63,972 bases of DNA, filler included, from Octopus bimaculoides (GCF_001194135.2; 6 parts of 6 records of this genome joined end to end with filler, not necessarily neighbours in it); one strand, 5' to 3'; counted from the whole stretch's first letter, positions 49,361 to 63,371 are shown. Made by a program: numbers and translations. Notes: generated from the sequence alone by a model not told the origin.

Positions 49361-50500
49361 GTGCAGGCATGGCTGTGTGGTAAGAAGCGTGCTTCCCAAC
49401 CACATGGTTCCAGGCTCAATCTCATTACTTGGCACCTTGGGCAAGTGTCTTCTACTATAGCCTCAGGACGACCAAAACTTTGTGAATGGATTTGGTAGAG
49501 AGAAACCAAAAGAAGCCCATCATATATATATGTATGTGTATATATATATATATATGTATATATATGTATATACATATGTATATAAATATATACATATGAA
49601 GGAAAGTAAAAAATTATCTGCATTTTCGCCATAACATATCTTTATGATTGTCACACTGCCTTCTGCACATGCGTGCTTATAGTTGATACTACACATGATC
49701 AAAGTTTGAGCCAGATTGCACCATTTTGCTTTTTGGCTTTACAGTGTGAGCATGGCTGCTCCACTAGCGATGTGCACCGAAGAAGAACAAAGAGCAGTGA
49801 TCTGATTTCTCTGGTCGGAAGGTGTGTCAGGTACTGAAATTCATCGGAGGCTTTAGCACAATACGGGGACAGTGCACTACCACATAGAAGTGTGTATGAG
49901 TGGATAGAAAAGTTAGGATAGAAAAGTTTTGAAAGCGGCTGGACAAGCATGATGCATGAAGAGGGAGCAGAACGCCTGTCAACCTCCACCACTGATGAGA
50001 AGATTTAGCAAGCTTGAGAGATGGTAATGATGAACCAGTTCACCATTACCATTTCTTGGATCACTGCTCTTTGTTCTTTTTTGGTGCTCTTTGCTAGTGG
50101 AGCAGTCATGCTTACACTGCAAAGCCAGAGAGAAAAATGGTGCGATCAGGCTCAAACTTTGATCACGTGACCACAATACTACCAACTATAAGCATGTGTG
50201 TACAAAAAGCAGTATGGCAATAATAAAGATATGGAATGGTGAAAGTGTAGATAATTTTTGACTTTCCCTCACAAGTGCATGTGTATCTGTGTGTGTCTTT
50301 ATGTCTGTGTTTGTCACCCATCACTGCTTGACAACTGGTGTTGGTGTGTTTACATTCCCATAACTTAGCGGCTTGGCAAAAGAGACTGATAGAACAAGTA
50401 CTGGACTTAAAGAACAAGTCCTGCAGTCGATTTGTTTTGACTAAAACCCTTCAGGGTGGTGCTCCAAGATGACTGATACAGGTAAAAGAATAAAAGAATA
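49361..50500 (+). mobile_element. SINE family A split at its internal (TA)n by the fold-back mariner
   Basis: Head 49361-49525 and tail 50272-50500 are colinear with the 2247 copy. Confidence 0.75.
49597..50271. mobile_element. Palindromic (5'-5' fold-back) mariner derivative, about 675 bp
   Basis: Both ends carry the same mariner 5' TIR (TGA(A/G)GGAAAGT(A/C)AAAAATTATC) and the transposase start MAAPLAMCTEEEQRAVI / MTAPLAKSTKKEQRAVI. The symmetry centre is GAAC-CA-GTTC at 50032-50041. Confidence 0.85.
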
Positions 50501-51561
50501 AACGATAAAATATCCTGCCCCAGGTGAGAGAGAGAGAGTTGGTTTACTGTGCTGTACTGTAGTATTTGATGAAGCTGAAGGTTTCCTGGTTTATATCCAC
50601 CTGATGCCACCAGTAAGTTGAACGAAATGGAAACATAGTGGGAATGAGGATTAACTATCCATAGTACACAGAGTGGGTATGCAAAGATGAAATCCCAGGG
50701 TCAGAGATTCGTAAAGACTAATGAAATTACTATACTGACTTTGTTCATTATCACTTGGTTCCCAAAGAGGTGAGATTGCTTATTATTAGCCCACCTTACT
50801 CTTTATATCAAATATTTCCTCTTCTTTCTTCTCCATTTGTTTTCTTTCTTCTTCTTCTTCTTCTTCTTCTCCAACTTAATCCTCATATTTCCCCTACTAT
50901 TTCCTCTTCTACTTCTTCCTCTATTTTTTCCTCCTCCTCCTCCTCCCCCCCCCNNNNNNNNNNNNNNNNNNNNNNNNNNNNNNNNNNNNNNNNNNNNNNN
51001 NNNNNNNNNNNNNNNNNNNNNNNNNNNNNNNNNNNNNNNNNNNNNNNNNNNNNNNNNNNNNNNNNNNNNNNNNNNNNNNNNNNNNNNNNNNNNNNNNNNN
51101 NNNNNNNNNNNNNNNNNNNNNNNNNNNNNNNNNNNNNNNNNNNNNNNNNNNNNNNNNNNNNNNNNNNNNNNNNNNNNNNNNNNNNNNNNNNNNNNNNNNN
51201 NNNNNNNNNNNNNNNNNNNNNNNNNNNNNNNNNNNNNNNNNNNNNNNNNNNNNNNNNNNNNNNNNNNNNNNNNNNNNNNNNNNNNNNNNNNNNNNNNNNN
51301 NNNNNNNNNNNNNNNNNNNNNNNNNNNNNNNNNNNNNNNNNNNNNNNNNNNNNNNNNNNNNNNNNNNNNNNNNNNNNNNNNNNNNNNNNNNNNNNNNNNN
51401 NNNNNNNNNNNNNNNNNNNNNNNNNNNNNNNNNNNNNNNNNNNNNNNNNNNNNNNNNNNNNNNNNNNNNNNNNNNNNNNNNNNNNNNNNNNNNNNNNNNN
51501 NNNNNNNNNNNNNNNNNNNNNNNNNNNNNNNNNNNNNNNNNNNNNAGTTTCTATTTTGTTA

Positions 51562-51593
<32 letters not shown>

Positions 51594-51844
51594 CTCTTTT
51601 TCTTGTTTCAGTCATTTGACTGTGGCCATGCTGGAGCACCGCCTTTAGTAGAGCAAATTGACCCCAGGACTTATTCTTTGTAAGCCTAGTACTTATTCTA
51701 TCGGTCTCTTTTGCCGAACCGCTAAGTTACGGGTACGTAAACACACCAGCATCGGTTGTCAAGCGATGTTGGGGAGACAAACACAGACACACAAACACAC
51801 ATACATATTTCAAATAAGGATTCAGTACTTGTATAGAGGGAATA

Positions 51845-51990
51845 TATGGTAAGAAGCTCGCTTCCCAACCACATAGTTCCGGGTTCAGTTCCACTGTATG
51901 GTACCATGGGCAAGTGTCTTCTTCTATAGCCATGGGCCAACGAAAGCCTTGTGAGTGGATTTAGTAGATGGAAAATGAAAGAAACCCATC

Positions 51991-52040
<50 letters not shown>

Positions 52041-52258
52041 ATATGTGTGTGTGTCTTTGTCCCCACTATTGCTTAACAACCAATATTAGTGTGCTTACAT
52101 CCCCATAACTTGGTGGTTTGACAAAAGAGACTGACAGAATAGATACTAGGTTTACAAAGAATAAGTCTTAGGGTAAATTTATTCAACTATAAAACCTTTG
52201 AAGGTGGTACTCCAGCATGGCCACAGTCAAATAGCTGAAACATCTAAAAGAATAAGTG
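51845..52258 (+). mobile_element. SINE family A (preceded by an inverted 3' part at 51598-51810)
   Basis: Colinear similarity to 2247-2650. Confidence 0.75.
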
Positions 52259-52318
<60 letters not shown>

Positions 52319-52904
52319 TACATACATACACACGCGCGCACACACATATATAAACACATACACACAGAACTTCTAAGAGAAATTTTATGGGCAATCCCAT
52401 CATCTTCAGCTCTTCTTCTTTTATGCCTTTATCTGGAGAGAACAATAGTAATGAGGATGATTATCATTAGCACCACCACCACCACCACCACCACCATCAT
52501 CATCCATTACTATCATCATCACCAAAACAATAATGATGAGAAGAGAAATGAAGGAATAAAAAGTAAAACAGGACCAGCAAACAACAGTTTAAAGATGAAA
52601 TTTTGCAATCCGATCTTTAAATGGAAATTCTGAAACAATTTCCATTAGATATTTTATATTCACATTCCCATTGCTCAGTTCTGTATTTTATTTTATATTT
52701 TTTTGGTATGCTTTTCTTTGTATATCTTTAAATAAAATGCTTACTGATTGGATAAGATTTTCAATCTACACAGGCCATGAACTGCGTGGGCTCAAAACAC
52801 AAGTGAAGTACATGGTTTCTATGTCTGACCCCACTGTACAGCATCTTCACCACCCAGGCTGTTCTATTACATGACCTCTGATGGAACTTGGCAGAAAGCC
52901 TCTG

Positions 52905-53375
52905 CAATATATATATACTGAGGCAAGTGAAATCAAAATCGCTGACATGGCTGATGACAGTACTGCTTGATTGGCACTTGTGCCAGTGGAGTGTTAAAAG
53001 CACATCTAAGTGTGGGGTGTAACCAGCCCACTTTGAGTACCCTCATTTATTAGACAATAAACTTTGCTTGCGAAGACCTATTGAGGCAAGTGTAATCAAA
53101 TCAAAATCACTGATGTGGCCAATGACAGTACTGCCTGATTGGCACTTGTGCCAGTGGAATGTTAAAAGCACATCCGAGCATGATCGTTGCCAGGGCCACA
53201 GATTGGCTCCCGTGCTGGTGGCACATAAAAAGCATCGTTGAAGCATGATCGTTGCCAGCGTCGCCTAACTGGCACATGTGCTGGTGGTACGTGAAAAACA
53301 ACATTCAAGCGTGGCCGATGCCAGTGCCGCTGGACTAGCTCCCATGCAAGTAGCACGTAAAAAAACACCTTTTGA
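52905..53375 (+). mobile_element. SINE family D internal repeats
   Basis: Duplicated TTGAGGCAAGTG.AATC...CAGTACTGC.TGATTGGCACTTGTGCCAGTGGA.TGTTAAAAGCAC blocks. Confidence 0.65.
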
Positions 53376-53541
53376 GAGTGGTATATATATATATATATAT
53401 ATATAGCAAAAATTTAGATTCAGATAAATATGGTACTTAAGTCGAGGTACCAGAATTTAGTACTGTATTATCCATACAATTTCAAAATAAGGTGATTAAA
53501 ATCAAAATAATCCTTGTTGCTTATTTTGATTTTATATATAT

Positions 53542-53576
<35 letters not shown>

Positions 53577-53839
53577 ACATAAATTTACAGAATGAGATAA
53601 AAATCCAAGGCTGTGAAAGATTTCAAAACATAATCAGCGAACCTGGANNNNNNNNNNNNNNNNNNNNNNNNNNNNNNNNNNNNNNNNNNNNNNNNNNNNN
53701 NNNNNNNNNNNNNNNNNNNNNNNNNNNNNNNNNNNNNNNNNNNNNNNNNNNNNNNNNNNNNNNNNNNNNNNNNNNNNNNNNNNNNNNNNNNNNNNNNNNN
53801 NNNNNNNNNNNNNNATATATATGTATGTATATATATATT

Positions 53840-53919
<80 letters not shown>

Positions 53920-53920
<1 letters not shown>

Positions 53921-56600
53921 TAGATGATGTACCTGGTAATTTCTGGAAAAGCGGGGCTTATCCCATGTTCCATTCACATAATTGTTTTGCTAATCCAATA
54001 ACAACAATACAAAGTATGTAGCACTTAAATTGGTTTTTGTGCATTTACAGAGAATACCAAACTGTCTTACATAGGATCTTGTTTTTAGGAAATTACAATA
54101 AGTTATGTATATGGAAATTGTGAAGTCAGTTATGTAATAACATGAAATTAGTTACCTGATAGTAAGAATTTGAATAAAGTAGCCCTGAAAAGGGCTTCAA
54201 TGCATTCCCAGAGTATATGGAACTGAGGAGGAAATATCAGAAAGGCATGTATACCAAAATCGTGAAGCATGTTATGTAATAACAGACTAATCAGATATAA
54301 GATAATACCAATTCAAAGTAAATAATTCTGAAAAGGGCTTTTGTGCGTTCCCAGAGAATATTACCCTCAGGGGCACCAGTGTTGAAATAGATTTACAATG
54401 AATGTAGAAACAGACTGACATTTAGTTTTACAGCAGACACACAAACAAATTTGCATGTAGATTTTAAAATGAAATAATATGTAGATTATCAATACATTTA
54501 CAACACTTACAAATATTACAGTTAAAAAATAAATACTTGATGTTTTGGTGAATCTTAAGTTTGCAGAGTTTCTTGATAAACAACATTTTTGTTCTTTCCT
54601 TATGGGGCATAAATAAACAAATCATTAGGATTGCTGACTCTTGAGCATCCCATATAAAGTTGGCCATGGGAGAAAACTGGTTCCACAAGGTTTAGACCTA
54701 CCACAATCAAGGACTGCTCCTGGGCCTTGTTAATATTCATTGCAAAGCTCAGTTTCAACAGGAATTGCAGATGCTTGCACTGGAAAAGCATATCTGACGT
54801 AATAAGTGGAATTCTAGGAATGAATACAGGCTCACCACTTGCTTTACCAGTCAAATTTTTTCTCTCTAAGACTGTTGTGTGCCATTGCATAGCTTTGGTG
54901 GATCAAGGTTTCGAAGCAGCATAATTGGTGCCCCAATCTCGAAGTGCAAGTTGTGAAGTGGGAGCCCTGGTGGTGTTAGACTATTCAAGAATTCAGCTGG
55001 TTAATTCACAGCTTCATCAACGTTTAGGAATTGTAGATGTTATGCTTGCCTGGCAACTGTTCCAGAAGCTTAAAGTTCAAAAACTTTAAAGCTAATATGG
55101 CACAGGTTTTCAGCCATATGTGGTCTGTAAACTGAAATACCTGATTCATTAGTTCCTTTAAATCAGATACCATGTGTCCAAAAGGCAAGCTTACCCAGCC
55201 ATCCTTCTTGCCAACTGAAGTACCATTACTGACATCCAACAGTTGCTTTGAAAAGGTTCTGTCAGCATCATCACTGCTGAGCTGCACTCTCATGTTGGTT
55301 GTGAGTTTTAGCTTTTGCACACTGCTCCATAGGTAGGACGACTTTATGCTGGCATTTACTTCATCAGCTCTTGTCCCTTTTGAAACCACAGGAAGGGTTT
55401 GTATAAAGTCTCCTGCAAGCAAGACTGTGGCACCTCCCATGAGCCTGAAGGGCCATGTCAAGAGCGTCAAAAGAAACATTATGGTTCATTGTCGCTTCAT
55501 CACAGATTATCAACCTGCATTCACCCAAAAGTTTGCTTTTAAAGAAATACAACTGATGTTGCAGTTTGCCTTCTCTTTCTTGGACAGGTCCAAAGGGAGA
55601 TTGAAACAGGAATGAGCTGTGCAGTCACCACTTAGCAGAGTTGCAGCTATTCCACTTGAGCCACAGCTATGGCAATGTGTTTCATTTGGTGCATTTTAAC
55701 CAGAAGAAGGTTGATGACAAATGTCTTGCCAGTTCCACCTGGAGCATCCAGAAAGAAAAGACCTCCGCTTTCATTTTCAATTCCTGAAATAATGGGGTTA
55801 TAAACACCCAGTTGGTCCTCCATCAGTTTGTGTTCTTTATCAACTATATAAGCTGTCATTTCCTCAATGTCATAGCTAATTTCTCGCTTGGTACTCAATT
55901 GCAAGATTGTTTGCTGCCTGCTCTGGTTGAGGCAGACCAAATGTAAAATTATCTGGACCTCCCATAGCTTGCACTCAGATGTTCACGTCAAGTAAAGCCT
56001 CACTGTAAATGGCATTATTGAATGTAGCAATTTCTGCTGAGGTTTGCATTTGAATCCTTTGTAGGATGTCCTCTCTCATGCTGGTTTTGTGGGTCGCCCA
56101 AAGCTTGAGAGGTTCATGCAAGCCACATGTCATCAACATGATAGAAAATAGCTGGCACAGTTGACTTAGTGCTGTGCTGACTCCTGCCTCCTCCAGTGTC
56201 TGGTTCCAGTGGGCATCGTCCTCCAGTCCATGTTTGGCACAGGCTTCTCTGTAGGTTGTGCAAACTTCTACATTGTGTCTTGGAGATTCTGTGAATGATG
56301 TAGGACCTCTGACAGTATGCAGCAGCAGATGCAGAAAGAAGCACTCCTGCTAATTAGGGTGCACAGTGTACACCTGCCCGCTGGCCCCTCTTCTGAAGAC
56401 AGCATCTTCTTCCCAGCCCTCAACATGTACTCATTGCATGCGTCTGTTCCGTCTATTGTGTGCCTAGGTATAGTACATGGGGACCTCAACATACATCAGT
56501 GTTTGGGCAAACAGATCACATTGGCATAATTTGAAGAAAACTGTCAAAATGGTTTCTGGTGGATTCAGAACTAAGTTTCGAGCATTGTCTTCTGTGAAAA
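53920..56600 (-). mobile_element. Helitron relic: end of Rep-helicase linker, PIF1-like helicase, 3' region and CTAG terminus
   Basis: FTEDNARNLVLNPPETILTVFFKLC..EVPMYYT; GPTSF; FFLDAPGGTGKTF (Walker A); LIICDEATM (Walker B); LLAGDFIQTLPVV; SFAMNINKAQEQSL; VFSHGQLYMGCSRV. CTAG|T at 53920-53923 on the minus strand. Many frameshifts. Confidence 0.9.
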
Positions 56601-57649
56601 ATGTACAGATAAATTTTAAGAAGGTGTTCCAACATGTAGACAGGGTGTGACCTTTGTGATGACAGTGCATTTGTCTATAAGCAGAACAGTTCTTCATGCA
56701 GCGCTTGTCAATTGGCTGAAGTGACATGAAACGTATTATCATTGAATGTGTATTCATGAATAAGTTACTAAACGAAATAAGTGGATCTATAAGTGGATCA
56801 TATTGGATAATGTGAGACCTAGATGGATTATGCCCCAAAATAAAGTGAGACGGTTATGGTTGGAATGTCTATGATCATATATCAACTTGATCAGTATCTG
56901 CATCTGAGTACCCTACATTTACCAAGCTACAGTTTTAATTCCTGAGAGAAATAACCTTGTGATACTCCCATGAACTTCCAACTCTCTCTCTTAAAAAGTA
57001 ACAATACACACATATGGAGTTTTAGTGTAATGACAGACCAGCAGATCATACTTAATAAATTTGATATCATATGAGAAAGGCATAAACATAATTAAAAGAC
57101 CAATTAGCAGATGACTATAAAGCAAATGTAATTAGAAGATCTTCTGGCAGTTTCCAGAATGAGTATTTCAGTTGTTTGATCAGCTGGACTTGCTGCTTAT
57201 TAACGATGTGATAATTGCCATGGTGTATTTATGCATTTAGTGTCACTCAAAGTATACTGACAAATTTTAAAAATCTTGGTGTGTGTGTACGTGCGTACAC
57301 ACGTGTGCTCATATATAGGTACAGGCATGGCCATGCAATTAAGAAATTTATTTCTGCGATCTCCCATTCAAGTCTTTTCATGTGGCACCTTGGGCAAATG
57401 TCTTTGACTATGGCCTTGCTCTAACCAAGGCCTGTGAGTAAAACAAGAAAATGGAAACTGTGTGAAAGCCTGTCATATATGTGCATGTGTCTGCAATAGA
57501 TGTAAATCACTAAAATAAGTACTGGGATCAATATGAAACACTAAATCCCTCAAAGGTGGTGCCACAGTATGGCCACAGTCTAATGATTGAAACAAGAGTA
57601 AGGAAGAAATAATATGAAACAATAGAATTTACATAACTATAGGAATTAC

Positions 57650-57832
57650 CAATGTTTCTTGCCATAAAGTTTAGTGCACAGACATGTTCTGAGTCATTTC
57701 TGATATCTGTTTGTATACAAAACTTTGGATATGAATATTCAATGAACACAACACAACCTTCCATATAATTGTCATCATATTTTGTATATAAAAGATGATG
57801 TACATGCGATATTCCAGAGACACAACACATTG
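57650..57832 (-). CDS. Candidate 183-nt Cys-rich exon, unidentified
   Basis: ctgcag| acceptor (weak pyrimidine tract), G|gtaatt donor, symmetric phase 1-1, open frame MCCVSGISHVHHLLYTKYDDNYMEGCVVFIEYSYPKFCIQTDIRNDSEHVCALNFMARNI. Confidence 0.3.
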
Positions 57833-58040
57833 CTGCAGTTGTATATGTTTAGGAAATTTATGAAAATAATACAGAGACTCCCGCCATATGTTTGGAAACA
57901 AAAACAAGGTGTTATTATAATATCATACGATCATGACCCACAGGAGAGTGTATTGTCTATCTGTGTGTGCTCATATTAGTGAACAATGTATATAAAAATA
58001 CACACAGTTTATACATACATATATATATATATATATATAT

Positions 58041-58140
58041 NNNNNNNNNNNNNNNNNNNNNNNNNNNNNNNNNNNNNNNNNNNNTTAATTAATTAANNNN
58101 NNNNNNNNNNNNNNNNNNNNNNNNNNNNNNNNNNNNNNNN
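58041..58140. other. Artificial scaffold spacer N44-TTAATTAATTAA-N44
   Basis: Identical 100-bp construct. Confidence 0.95.
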
Positions 58141-58183
<43 letters not shown>

Positions 58184-58203
58184 GTATGTATGTATGGGTG
58201 TGT

Positions 58204-58268
<65 letters not shown>

Positions 58269-58662
58269 CAGGTACATACATATAGATATATATAGATGTT
58301 TATATATATATATATATATATATTCATTCTATACTATTCCAATATATAATGCAGTTATTTACCATTGCGAGTCTTTAAGTCTATGCAACGTTTAGTTTAT
58401 ATATCTATATATATATAAATACACACACACACACTCACACACACACACATGCATATGTGTGTGTGTGTGCGTTTCTGTATTCGTTTCTCTATCAGCCGTA
58501 GCAGCGTGGTTTGTCTATTTATATATCAACTATTTTCTGCTCAGCTCTTATTAAAACCCTGGAAACACCACGAGGAATTAGCATTCCAACACTTGCAAAA
58601 ATTTTCCCCATCTGTACAGTATAGATATGCATACGCATGTATGTAGATATATATATATATAT

Positions 58663-58715
<53 letters not shown>

Positions 58716-59057
58716 GTATATAATTACATGCATACATACACGGGCACAAATGCATACACACATTTCTTAATGAATGAAAGCATATGCATATACCTTTTAA
58801 TCATATATGCATATCAATGCGTGCGGGATACGAACATATAGACAAATGCACACACACACACACACACACACACAATGACACGCGCACACTTATGTATATG
58901 TGTGTCTGTATATATGGTTCTATATATTTATATGTGTGTGTGTGTCTGTGTTTTTTTGTGTGTGTGTATTTATATATAACCAAGTTGCATTCATATACAT
59001 GTATAGAGAAAAATATATATTTATACTCACTCGTTCTTTTGTACATATGTTTTTCTG

Positions 59058-59120
<63 letters not shown>

Positions 59121-59225
59121 TTATATGAAAATATATGTTTCCATATATATGCATATAATGAACTTTATGCATATATAGATTCAAACATACCAACATACAC
59201 GCACCACCACCCCGCACATACACAC

Positions 59226-59267
<42 letters not shown>

Positions 59268-59673
59268 GCACACACTCCTTAAAGTATATGTATATATAAC
59301 GTTCGGTTAACCATAACTATTTGTTACGCGAGCTGCCGTGTATGTGTCTTTCTGTACCTGATCATGTATTTGTTAAACAGTCTAAAGTAGAGAGCTTATA
59401 ACTAAATTTATTTGCCGGATTACGATTAACTAATGCCATGAAAGAAATTTTCTCTCAAATGTTTACCTTTAGAAACAATCTGCACGTGCGCTGTCATGTA
59501 AACAATAGATGTTTGTCGATGCATTTTGATGTGTTTATGCACTTGTTTGTATATTTGGTATATTTCTTGTAACCGGTATCAAAAATGATTGCGAATATAG
59601 GGTTCCGTTTGTTTATTGCGAATATAGCGATGTCTGTGTGAGAGAGTGTATGCATGCCTGTACACACACGTAA

Positions 59674-59734
<61 letters not shown>

Positions 59735-59737
<3 letters not shown>

Positions 59738-59884
59738 GGGTTTGACAAAATAATGGAAACACCTTAAAATTTCAAACAAATTTCGTACGAATTTTGAATT
59801 GTTTCCAAAGGACTTTTTGTCCATTCTTCAACTAAAACAGTCTCCAGTTCTTGTTGTGATGATGGTCGAGGATATCGACTCCTT
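59735..59884 (-). mobile_element. 3' end of a second copy of the 28273 Tc1 family, running into a gap
   Basis: CAGGGGTTTGACAAAATAATGGAAACACCTTAAAATTTCAAACAAATTT matches the reverse complement of the 29283-29332 TIR. The peptide SSQQELETVLVEEWTKSPLE matches the first copy. A further TIR stub lies at about 61209-61241. Confidence 0.85.
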
Positions 59885-60734
59885 NNNNNNNNNNNNNNNN
59901 NNNNNNNNNNNNNNNNNNNNNNNNNNNNNNNNNNNNNNNNNNNNNNNNNNNNNNNNNNNNNNNNNNNNNNNNNNNNNNNNNNNNNNNNNNNNNNNNNNNN
60001 NNNNNNNNNNNNNNNNNNNNNNNNNNNNNNNNNNNNNNNNNNNNNNNNNNNNNNNNNNNNNNNNNNNNNNNNNNNNNNNNNNNNNNNNNNNNNNNNNNNN
60101 NNNNNNNNNNNNNNNNNNNNNNNNNNNNNNNNNNNNNNNNNNNNNNNNNNNNNNNNNNNNNNNNNNNNNNNNNNNNNNNNNNNNNNNNNNNNNNNNNNNN
60201 NNNNNNNNNNNNNNNNNNNNNNNNNNNNNNNNNNNNNNNNNNNNNNNNNNNNNNNNNNNNNNNNNNNNNNNNNNNNNNNNNNNNNNNNNNNNNNNNNNNN
60301 NNNNNNNNNNNNNNNNNNNNNNNNNNNNNNNNNNNNNNNNNNNNNNNNNNNNNNNNNNNNNNNNNNNNNNNNNNNNNNNNNNNNNNNNNNNNNNNNNNNN
60401 NNNNNNNNNNNNNNNNNNNNNNNNNNNNNNNNNNNNNNNNNNNNNNNNNNNNNNNNNNNNNNNNNNNNNNNNNNNNNNNNNNNNNNNNNNNNNNNNNNNN
60501 NNNNNNNNNNNNNNNNNNNNNNNNNNNNNNNNNNNNNNNNNNNNNNNNNNNNNNNNNNNNNNNNNNNNNNNNNNNNNNNNNNNNNNNNNNNNNNNNNNNN
60601 NNNNNNNNNNNNNNNNNNNNNNNNNNNNNNNNNNNNNNNNNNNNNNNNNNNNNNNNNNNNNNNNNNNNNNNNNNNNNNNNNNNNNNNNNNNNNNNNNNNN
60701 NNNNNNNNNNNNNNNNNNNNNNNNNNNNNNNNNN

Positions 60735-60767
<33 letters not shown>

Positions 60768-62099
60768 CTTTCTTATAAATTGCTATGAATTTGTGAATCA
60801 GAATAGTTTTATTTACAAATTGACACGAATATTTCCGAATGATTTTTCGAGAAATTATCATCAAATAATATATTAATTTCATAAATTTTCTTCCAGTACA
60901 TTTCTGTGTTTAATACATTCGTTAATTTTAGCCTAAATATTTGCCCACGCTTGTTTACTCGTTATTAAATTTTACACATAGTTATCAATAACTCGATTAG
61001 TGACTTATTTGAGAAACTGTCATTGAATTAGAATAACATATACGTTTTTTTGTCTTCCTGATTACGTGTAATAGCTTTAATTGGGAATACCAGTATAGAT
61101 GCAGGAGTTGCTGTGTGATTAAGAAGTTTCCTTTCGAACACTTTGGTCCGTGGTTCAATCTCACTAAGTGGTACTTGGGACAGATATCTCCTACTCTAAA
61201 CCTCTGTGATGGAAACACCTTAAAATTTCAAACAAATTTATTAATTACGTGGCTTGATGGTGTTAGTTCGACCGTGAGTCGGTTTAACAGTTGACAGTTG
61301 AACAGTGGAATACTGACAATCGTAACCTACGTTTGAGTAGCACGGAATGCGTTGTGTTAACATTGGTTAGTTTTAGATAACCAAGACCAAATATTTATTT
61401 GTGTAATACCATTTTACACCAGACGTGTATACCCAGGCCATAACAAAAAGCTAAGCAATGATGTCAATTCGTTCGACTAAACCCTTCGAAAAGGCTCCTC
61501 ATCATGGCTGCTATCCAATGATTGAAACAAGTAATACATAAAAGCTACATAGGCTTTGGGTTAACGTTTAACTGATCGATAATAAATATGACTGTGTCAC
61601 CTTGCTTCTATTTCGTAGTAAGTTATATTTGTTTACACCCTTATTAATATATTTAAATATTATTAATCGAAAATCATTATAACATAATATAATTAAGCAA
61701 TAATTTGTATATTTGAAGATTTTAAAAAGTTTACAACAGCAGCGTAAATACAAACAAATTATTAATTTTATAATAAATTCGTTTATTTATGAGTTATTTG
61801 TCCATTTTACTTAAATATATATTGATTTCATAACGACATCCAACACATCTCAACTATTGAATAATCGTGTTACTACATCACCGTTTTGAAGTTTCGAGTT
61901 GAATTGAGAGTGGAATGAATAATCAATATTATTATACATGAGCATGTTCTAGTTAAGTTTTCATTTAAATTTGTACTTTAATAATTCCACACACAAAAAT
62001 ACACACACACACATATATGCCAGGGGTCGTACAATAATAATAGTACAGAATTAGATGAAAATCCAATTATAAGAATCACTTGTGTGATGATATTGCAAG

Positions 62100-62144
<45 letters not shown>

Positions 62145-62243
62145 TGTGTATGTGTGTATATGTATGCATATCATATATTATTTTATTTCATATGTATATA
62201 CATATATGTACATACATAAAATGTTTAAATCATACCTGTATAC

Positions 62244-62297
<54 letters not shown>

Positions 62298-62723
62298 CAT
62301 TAAAACGTCACTTCTTTAACAGAAAACTCACTCGACCTAGGTTCTTACGCTTTTTGATAACTAATAAATTAACATTTGAATTTTGTAATATTTGCACTGT
62401 TTAACAAGCCGATCACGTCGAAAATGGCATTTGTTTCATTTTTTTAGATAAAAAACAATCTACTATATCAATTGCCAAATCATCGGTGTGGATGGATGGG
62501 TGGATGGATGGGTGGATGGATCGATGGATTGATGAATGGATGGATGGATGGATGGATGTTTATAGATGTGAGTATGTCTATGTAATGCAGTATCATATTT
62601 GGGACAAACTGCGTAAGTTTCATTCAACGTGGACGGAATAGTTTAGTTGATGCCGGAATAGCTTAGGTTAAGCCGTCTTTTTTATGATCTGGCATCAACA
62701 GGTTTGCTTACCAGCAATACTAA

Positions 62724-62757
<34 letters not shown>

Positions 62758-62857
62758 NNNNNNNNNNNNNNNNNNNNNNNNNNNNNNNNNNNNNNNNNNN
62801 NTTAATTAATTAANNNNNNNNNNNNNNNNNNNNNNNNNNNNNNNNNNNNNNNNNNNN
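62758..62857. other. Artificial scaffold spacer N44-TTAATTAATTAA-N44
   Basis: Identical 100-bp construct. Confidence 0.95.
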
Positions 62858-63255
62858 AACGAGTCGGATGACAATCTTTCAGTTTTAGCTTGAATAAAGA
62901 AAAATCATATCCTCTACATCTTGTATTAAGCACTCACTTCTCATTCGTTCGACATAAAGCAACTTACATATATATAGAGAGAGATAAAACTTAGAAATGA
63001 ATGCGTGCCGTTCGATCATATAATAATATATAAATATATGCCTATATACATACATATATGTACATATCTACATATATGCTCGAATTTTATGTTTTTGTTT
63101 TTTATGTTCTCGTTTCTCATTTTGTCTACATTTTTTTTAATGTCCTGTACCCATATATGCATGTATATATACATATATATGTAGGTATGTACATATATGC
63201 ATGTATATAGGCATATATTTATATATTATTTATATTATATATATTTATATGTAAG

Positions 63256-63371
<116 letters not shown>

